From an uncultured bacterium (GTDB lineage: Bacteria; Patescibacteriota; Minisyncoccia; UBA6257; 2-01-FULL-56-20): 64,000 bases of DNA. Positions within the stretch are counted from its first letter, which is position 1. The number at the start of each line of letters is the position of its first letter. The stretch is from assembly GCA_963696395.1 (NCBI GenBank), contig CAVOJZ010000002.1, forward strand, positions 848,619 to 912,618, written 5' to 3'. Under the pieces are notes generated by a model. That model worked only from the letters and a program-made list of their open reading frames with translations. It did not search any database and was not told the DNA's origin. A program made the position numbers and the translations under genes. This document shows, in pieces, positions 59,178-64,000 of this stretch.

Positions 59178-61700
59178 ATGGACGAAACTCTGGACCTGAC
59201 CGTTCTCGCAAAACAAACCAACGACGAAATCTTTAAAGCTCTCAAAAGTTCGCCGGCAGGTCTCACGGCGCAGGAGGCGTCAAAACGACTGAAGCTGTAC
59301 GGTTTAAATGAATTTGCCGGAAAGAAAAAACTTCAGCCGGTTGAGATCTTTTTTTCCAAATTCAAAAGTCCGCTTTTGCTTTTACTTATCGCCGCCGCGA
59401 TAATTTCCGGCATTCTCGGTTCCCATATTGAAGCGACGGTGATTTTGGCGATTGTTCTCGGCAGCGCGTTCATTGATTTTATTAATACCTATAAATCGGC
59501 TCAAGCGGCCGAAGCGCTTCAGGAGCAAGTTACAATCACGGCGGGCGTCCTTCGCGGCGGCGAGATTAAAGAACGGAATATGCGGGAAGTTGTCCCGGGC
59601 GATGTTGTTTCGCTCGAAGCCGGAGACTTGGTTCCCGCCGACTGCATATTGCTTGAAGCGCGGGACTTGTTCCTAAACGAAAGCGTTCTCACCGGCGAGT
59701 CGTTGCCGGCCGAAAAAATGCCGGATAAGTCCGGAGAAAAAATGCTCTATTTGGGCACGAGCGTTGTTTCCGGAAAGGGAACCGCCGTGGCCGTTGTTAC
59801 CGGCGTGAAAACTAAGGTTGGCAGTATTGCGGGAAAACTCAAGCGCCCGGATGCGCCAACGGAATTCGAGAAAAATTTGAAAGACTTTAGCCTATTTATT
59901 TTTCGGACGACCCTATTTCTTGTCCTCGCGGTCATTCTTCTTAATATTTTCGTAATCGGCCGCAATTCCCTCGACATCTTTTTGTTCGCCGTAGCAATCG
60001 CCGTCGGCCTTACGCCCGAACTTTTGCCGCTCATCGTAACGAGCAATCTCGCAAAAGGTGCGATCGAAATGTCCAAGAACGGCGTGATCGTAAAGAAGCT
60101 GGCGGCGATCCATAACTTTGGCAGCGTTGATGTCCTTTGTACCGATAAAACGGGCACGCTCACCGAGGATCGCATCGTCCTCATGAAATCCCTCGACGAA
60201 TTCGGTCGCGACAGCGCAGCGACCCATTATTGGGCATACGTTAGCAGCATGCACCAAACCGGAATCAGGGGAGTGATGGATCATGCCATCCAGCAATTCA
60301 CGACTATCAATGTTAAAGAATGGGAAAAGGTTGACGAAATTCCGTTCGACGCCGAACGGCGATGCGAATCTGTGATTGTGAAAAGCAAAAAGGGGACAGT
60401 GCTTATTGCGAAGGGCGCACCGGAGGAGATTTTAAAAATCGCGGACCACTACGGCGTGGAGGCGCCAAAAAAACTTACCGCATCCGTTCGTGCGGCCATC
60501 AATAAAGAATACGAACACCTTTCAACCAATGGATTCCGGGTGCTCGCGGTCGGCATTAAGAAGGTTACCGCAAAGAAAGAACCGTACACCAAGACCGACG
60601 AAAACAATCTTTCTTTTGTGGGGTTCCTGGCATTTCTGGATCCGCCTAAGCGCAGCGTTAAGGATACGCTCAAGAAAATGGCGATTTATAACGTTAGCAT
60701 CAAAATCATTACCGGTGATAATTTCCTGGTAACCAAAAACATTGCCGAGGAGATCGGCCTGCCGATTAGAAATCCATTGACGGGCGAAGACCTCGCAAAA
60801 CTCGACGAACATCAGTTGAAGGCCAAGGTTGACCAGTCGAACATTTTCACGCGCGTGAACCCGGAACAGAAAGAGGCGATCATCCGTGCTTTGCGGCAAA
60901 ACGGTCATGTGGTTGCCTATATGGGCGACGGCGTGAACGATGTGCTTTCCATCAAAGAAGCTGACGTTGGTATTTCAGTGAACAACGCCGTGGATATCGC
61001 AAAAGAAACCGCAGATATTATTTTGCTGCGCAAAGGACTCGGCGAGATTATTGATGGCATCGTGGAAGGCCGCAAAACGTTTGCGAATACCTTCAAGTAT
61101 CTTATGATGGCGCTCAGCTCGAACTTTGGAAATATGTTTAGCATGCCCATTGCGTCAATATTTCTGCCGTTTTTGCCGATGACTGCGTCACAGATCTTGC
61201 TCAATAATTTCCTTTATGACTCGTCTCAGCTCGCCATTCCCTTTGATCACGTTGATCCGGATTTTCTCGAACGCCCAAAAAAATTCGACATCGGCTTCAT
61301 GAAGAAATTTATGATCATTTTTGGCCCACTAAGCTCCTGCTTCGACTTTGCCACATTCGGCGTTTTGCTTTTTGTGCTGCGTTATACCGGTGCAGCCTTT
61401 CAGACCGGTTGGTTCCTGGAGTCGATTGCCACACAAACACTGGTTGTGAACATCATCCGCAGCCGGGCGGATTTCTGGAAGAATGGCGGCCCGAGCAAGG
61501 CGCTTGCCTTTGCCACATTCGGCGCCGTCGGCACGGCATGGGGGATTACGTATTCGTTTCTTGGACCGGCACTAAACTTTACCCGCTTCGGGCTCTATCC
61601 TGTTTTTCTTATCGTGGTAATCGTTATCGTTTACCTCTTCGCCGTTGAAGTGGTTAAAAAATATTTCTATCGGAGATACGGATATCTCATAGAAAAATAA
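59178..61700 (+). CDS. mgtA: Magnesium-translocating P-type ATPase (P3B)
   Basis: LTGES, AVGLTPE.LP, DKTGTLT, GDGVND, SSNFGNMFS, QILLNN.LYD, FQTGWF.ES. Confidence 0.93.
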   Translation: MDETLDLTVLAKQTNDEIFKALKSSPAGLTAQEASKRLKLYGLNEFAGKKKLQPVEIFFSKFKSPLLLLLIAAAIISGILGSHIEATVILAIVLGSAFIDFINTYKSAQAAEALQEQVTITAGVLRGGEIKERNMREVVPGDVVSLEAGDLVPADCILLEARDLFLNESVLTGESLPAEKMPDKSGEKMLYLGTSVVSGKGTAVAVVTGVKTKVGSIAGKLKRPDAPTEFEKNLKDFSLFIFRTTLFLVLAVILLNIFVIGRNSLDIFLFAVAIAVGLTPELLPLIVTSNLAKGAIEMSKNGVIVKKLAAIHNFGSVDVLCTDKTGTLTEDRIVLMKSLDEFGRDSAATHYWAYVSSMHQTGIRGVMDHAIQQFTTINVKEWEKVDEIPFDAERRCESVIVKSKKGTVLIAKGAPEEILKIADHYGVEAPKKLTASVRAAINKEYEHLSTNGFRVLAVGIKKVTAKKEPYTKTDENNLSFVGFLAFLDPPKRSVKDTLKKMAIYNVSIKIITGDNFLVTKNIAEEIGLPIRNPLTGEDLAKLDEHQLKAKVDQSNIFTRVNPEQKEAIIRALRQNGHVVAYMGDGVNDVLSIKEADVGISVNNAVDIAKETADIILLRKGLGEIIDGIVEGRKTFANTFKYLMMALSSNFGNMFSMPIASIFLPFLPMTASQILLNNFLYDSSQLAIPFDHVDPDFLERPKKFDIGFMKKFMIIFGPLSSCFDFATFGVLLFVLRYTGAAFQTGWFLESIATQTLVVNIIRSRADFWKNGGPSKALAFATFGAVGTAWGITYSFLGPALNFTRFGLYPVFLIVVIVIVYLFAVEVVKKYFYRRYGYLIEK

Positions 61701-61719
61701 TGTCCGCTCTCTCGTCGCC

Positions 61720-62202
61720 TTATTTCCTGTTCCGCGGGATAAGCTCAACGTGCTCCGATGGGGAGATATGCAATGCTCGAAGGAGATAAAGCAAAACAGT
61801 CATGATGACGGCGGTCGCGAGAGCGAACATAAAAAGCCCGAGGCCGCAGAGAATGCCGATTGCGGCTGTCATCCAGATGAGTGCCGACGTGGTTAGATTT
61901 CGTGTGTGCTCACCGTTGTGGATGATAAGACCGGCGCCCAGAAATCCGATGCCGACCACGATATTTGCAATGACGCCAACTGCGCTATTCGCCGCCGTTG
62001 GATCGGGCAGGGTGCCAAAGCTCGCCGACGTGATATAGGGGAAGACCAATGCGACCATTGCAAAAATGGATGCGCCGCCGGCAACGAGCATTTCCGTCCG
62101 CACGCCCGCTTCTTTACCCACGACCTCACGTTCGATTCCGAGCATTGCGCCCAGTGCGAGTGCTATGCTGAACCGGATGAGCATTTGTTCAAAACTCAAC
62201 AT
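61720..62202 (-). CDS. MgtC/SapB family membrane protein
   Basis: G.ERE...K.AG.RT..LV, IV.GIGFLGAG.I, LTT.A..W..AAIG...G. Confidence 0.92.
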   Translation of the reverse strand: MLSFEQMLIRFSIALALGAMLGIEREVVGKEAGVRTEMLVAGGASIFAMVALVFPYITSASFGTLPDPTAANSAVGVIANIVVGIGFLGAGLIIHNGEHTRNLTTSALIWMTAAIGILCGLGLFMFALATAVIMTVLLYLLRALHISPSEHVELIPRNRK

Positions 62203-62234
62203 TGTATTAATATTAGCATATCCAAAAAAATCTT

Positions 62235-63623
62235 ATGAGAACACCGATCGAGGAGATTATCAGAAAAGAAGGGGAGGAAGTCGAACTTTTCGGCTGGGTG
62301 CATGCCCGCCGCGATCATGGGAAGCTTGTGTTTATCGACCTCCGGGATCGAAGCGGTTTTGCGCAAATTGTTTTCGGCCCGAATGTTTCGAACGCATCCG
62401 AACTCCGGCTCGAGTACGTGGTGAAAGTGACCGGGAAAGTTCAAAAACGCCCGCCGAATATGGTGAACGAAAAAATTATCACGGGACATTATGAAGTGAG
62501 CGCGACTACACTCACGATCTTAAATCGTTCCAGCGAATTGCCCATTCCGGTTGATACGGACGGCTATGAAATTAACGAAGAGACGCGCTTGCGGTATCGC
62601 TACCTCGATATTCGCCGTGAACGAATCCACAAAAATCTTCAGCTGAGGCACAAGCTTATAAAATTTATCCGTGATTTTCTCGATGAGCGGGGTTTCTGGG
62701 AAATTGAAACACCGAATCTCACAAAATCCACTCCTGAAGGCGCCCGGGATTATCTTGTCCCATCCCGCATAGAAAACGGCCATTTTTACGCGTTGCCGCA
62801 GTCACCCCAGCAGTACAAACAGCTTTTGATGGTGGGAGGCATTGAAAAGTATTTCCAGATCGCACGATGTTTCCGCGACGAAGACACGCGTGGTGACCGC
62901 CAGCCGGAATTTACCCAGCTCGATATGGAACTGAGCTTTGTCGAACAGGAAGACGTTTTAAAGCTCAACGAGGAACTTTTAATTGCTATCGTCAAAAAGC
63001 TTGCACCGGAAAAGAAGATTCAGGAAATTCCATTCCCGAGAATCACCTACAAAGAGGCGATGGAGAAATACAAAACTGACCGCCCGGATATCAGAAAGGA
63101 TAAAACCGACCCAAACCTTCTTGCTTTCTGCTGGATTCTCGACTTCCCGTTTTTTGAAAAAACAGAAGAAGGAGGATGGACATTTACACATAATCCGTTT
63201 TCCGCGCCGAAACCGGAATACATGGATGACTTGCTTGCACAAAAAAATATCGGCGATATTCTCACCACGCAGTACGACGTAGCTATGAATGGCTTGGAAA
63301 TAGGCGGAGGAAGCATCCGAAACCATCGACCGGAAGCTCTAAAGACCGTTTTCACCATCATGGGTTATACCGACGAGCAAATTGAGAACAAGTTCAAGCA
63401 TATGCTTGATGCCCTTGGAAGCGGTGCCCCGCCGCATGGCGGCATCGCATGGGGCTTGGATCGCTTCGTTTCCCTGCTTGCTGCCGAGCCGAATATCCGC
63501 GAGGTGATAGCATTTCCAAAAACGGGAGACGGACGCGATCCGATGATGGGATCGCCAAGCGGAGTGGATAAGAAACAGCTTGACGAATTGGGCATAGAAA
63601 TAAAAAAAACTGCTAAGAAATAA
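62235..63623 (+). CDS. aspS: Aspartate--tRNA ligase, short form without GAD domain (probably non-discriminating)
   Basis: RRDHG, STPEGARDYLVPSR, LPQSPQ, CFRDED.R.DRQPEFTQLD, GAPPHGG.A.GLDR. Confidence 0.95.
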   Translation: MRTPIEEIIRKEGEEVELFGWVHARRDHGKLVFIDLRDRSGFAQIVFGPNVSNASELRLEYVVKVTGKVQKRPPNMVNEKIITGHYEVSATTLTILNRSSELPIPVDTDGYEINEETRLRYRYLDIRRERIHKNLQLRHKLIKFIRDFLDERGFWEIETPNLTKSTPEGARDYLVPSRIENGHFYALPQSPQQYKQLLMVGGIEKYFQIARCFRDEDTRGDRQPEFTQLDMELSFVEQEDVLKLNEELLIAIVKKLAPEKKIQEIPFPRITYKEAMEKYKTDRPDIRKDKTDPNLLAFCWILDFPFFEKTEEGGWTFTHNPFSAPKPEYMDDLLAQKNIGDILTTQYDVAMNGLEIGGGSIRNHRPEALKTVFTIMGYTDEQIENKFKHMLDALGSGAPPHGGIAWGLDRFVSLLAAEPNIREVIAFPKTGDGRDPMMGSPSGVDKKQLDELGIEIKKTAKK

Positions 63624-63631
63624 TAAAAAAC

Positions 63632-64000
63632 ATGACACATCCAAAGGAAGAGCAGACCTATGTAATGTTAAAACCCGATGCGATCCAAAAGGGTCTCATC
63701 GGAGAGGTCATCAAGCGCTTCGAACAGCGCGATTTGAAGATTATCGCGCTCGAAATGTTTCAGCCGACAAAGACGCAAATTGACGATCATTATCCGAAAG
63801 ACGAAGCATGGATCCGCCGTGTGGGGCAGAAAACCCTTTCAACCTACGAGAAATATGGCATCAGCCCAAAGGAAGAGCTCGGTACCGACAACGATCTCGA
63901 AATCGGTAAAGAGGTCAGAAAGTGGCTCGTTGACTATATGGTTTCGGCGCCTTTGGTTCGTATGGTTGTGCAAGGAATTCATGCCATCGATGCAGTACGA
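63632..64000 (+). CDS. ndk: Nucleoside diphosphate kinase (runs off window end)
   Basis: MTHPKEEQTYVMLKPDAIQKGLIGEVIKRFE, read manually from ATG 63632. Confidence 0.88.
   Translation, partial: MTHPKEEQTYVMLKPDAIQKGLIGEVIKRFEQRDLKIIALEMFQPTKTQIDDHYPKDEAWIRRVGQKTLSTYEKYGISPKEELGTDNDLEIGKEVRKWLVDYMVSAPLVRMVVQGIHAIDAVR

Overview
This is a gene-dense bacterial chromosome segment, almost certainly from Patescibacteria/CPR (Parcubacteria-like). The supporting signs are: rpsE abuts rplO with no rpmD/L30; AspRS and ProRS are short; there is a lone PaaX/Cas2-like regulator and an orphan TraD/VirD4-like ATPase; and many core genes look leaderless. Core genes are rpsE-rplO-secY, adk-map, greA, ychF, recR-dnaB-cysS-corA, CIRCE-hrcA-grpE-dnaK-dnaJ, proS, mreB-mreC-mreD-like-pbp2, galT, rplU, malic enzyme, pgk, RNase H, RNase P RNA, mgtA/mgtC, aspS and ndk. 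Accessory content includes a PilH/PilI/PilG(XapA)-like ABC module, a surface-protein cluster at 9.4-16.3 kb, and a 3223-aa modular adhesin coupled to a receiver protein and a MacB-type ABC with an unexplained repeated C-terminal domain. About ten self-contained orphan units (promoter + SD + terminator) are also present, several of which resemble Acidobacteriota proteins from memory. The most novel signals are a paralogous unnamed domain fused once to an AT-hook-like tail (across a frameshift) and once to tandem LuxR HTHs (16.4-17.7 kb), the adhesin-ABC operon, and the SD-led orphan cassettes. No CRISPR array, tRNA, rRNA or transposase was seen. All family calls come from motif recognition, not database searches.
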